Source: Macrostomum lignano
Taxonomy: Eukaryota
Assembly (NCBI GenBank): GCA_002269645.1
Contig: NIVC01000596.1
Span: 62,001-126,000, forward strand
DNA length: 64,000 nt
Direction of reading: 5' to 3'
Positions 63,620 through 64,000 of this stretch are shown in pieces; within the stretch, counting starts at the first letter, position 1, and the number at the start of each line of letters is the position of its first letter. The notes beneath the pieces are model-generated. The model had not been told where the DNA came from. It was given only the letters and a program-made list of their open reading frames with translations, and ran no database searches. A program made the position numbers and the translations under genes.

Positions 63620-64000
63620 ATGCTAATAGTGGATTGCTAATCTAGCATTAGAGGATGAGGGATAATACTAATAGTGGATTGCTAATCTAGCATTAGAGGA
63701 TGAGGGATAATACTAATAGTGGATTGCTAATCTAGCATTAGAGGATGAGGGATAATACTAATAGTGGATTGCTAATCTAGTATTCGAGGATGAGGGATAA
63801 TACTAATAGTGGATTGCTAATCTAGCATTAGAGGATGAGGGATAATACTAATAGTGGATTGCTAATCTAGCATTAGAGGATGAGGGATAATACTAATAGT
63901 GGATTGCTAATCTAGCATTAGAGGATGAGGGATAATACTAATAGTGGATTGCTAATCTAGCATTAGAGGATGAGGGATAATACTAATAGTGGATTGCTAA
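63620..64000. repeat. 45-bp minisatellite (CTAATAGTGGATTGCTAATCTAGCATTAGAGGATGAGGGATAATA)n; related ~49-bp units at 63040-63165
   Basis: Directly visible; runs off the window edge. Confidence 0.95.

Overview
This is eukaryotic (animal) genomic DNA, not prokaryotic. GC-rich exons are separated by GT-AG introns, and almost every long intron holds its own tandem-repeat array. That architecture, together with 3' splice acceptors directly in front of start codons, suggests a Macrostomum-like flatworm; this is an inference and was not tested. I spliced genes by hand, checking phase at each junction. In order: an unknown low-complexity gene (-, runs off the left edge); LIN37 (+); a signal-peptide SRPBCC/polyketide-cyclase-like gene (-) whose first intron contains a complete antisense kynurenine formamidase (AFMID, +); PIG-P (+, no genomic ATG found, one apparent frameshift); EXOC4/Sec8 (+, 10 exons); a GPI-type Ly6/uPAR protein (+); a calponin-homology-like/polyQ gene (-) head-to-head with a multi-cysteine-cluster Toll-like receptor (+) that appears to carry two TIR-like domains; and a large low-complexity gene (-). 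Mobile elements are a tRNA-derived SINE with an 11-bp TSD, a hAT MITE with a perfect 8-bp TSD, and a decayed fold-back element inside a 2.9-kb CpG desert. Most long ORFs in the supplied track are artefacts of minisatellites.
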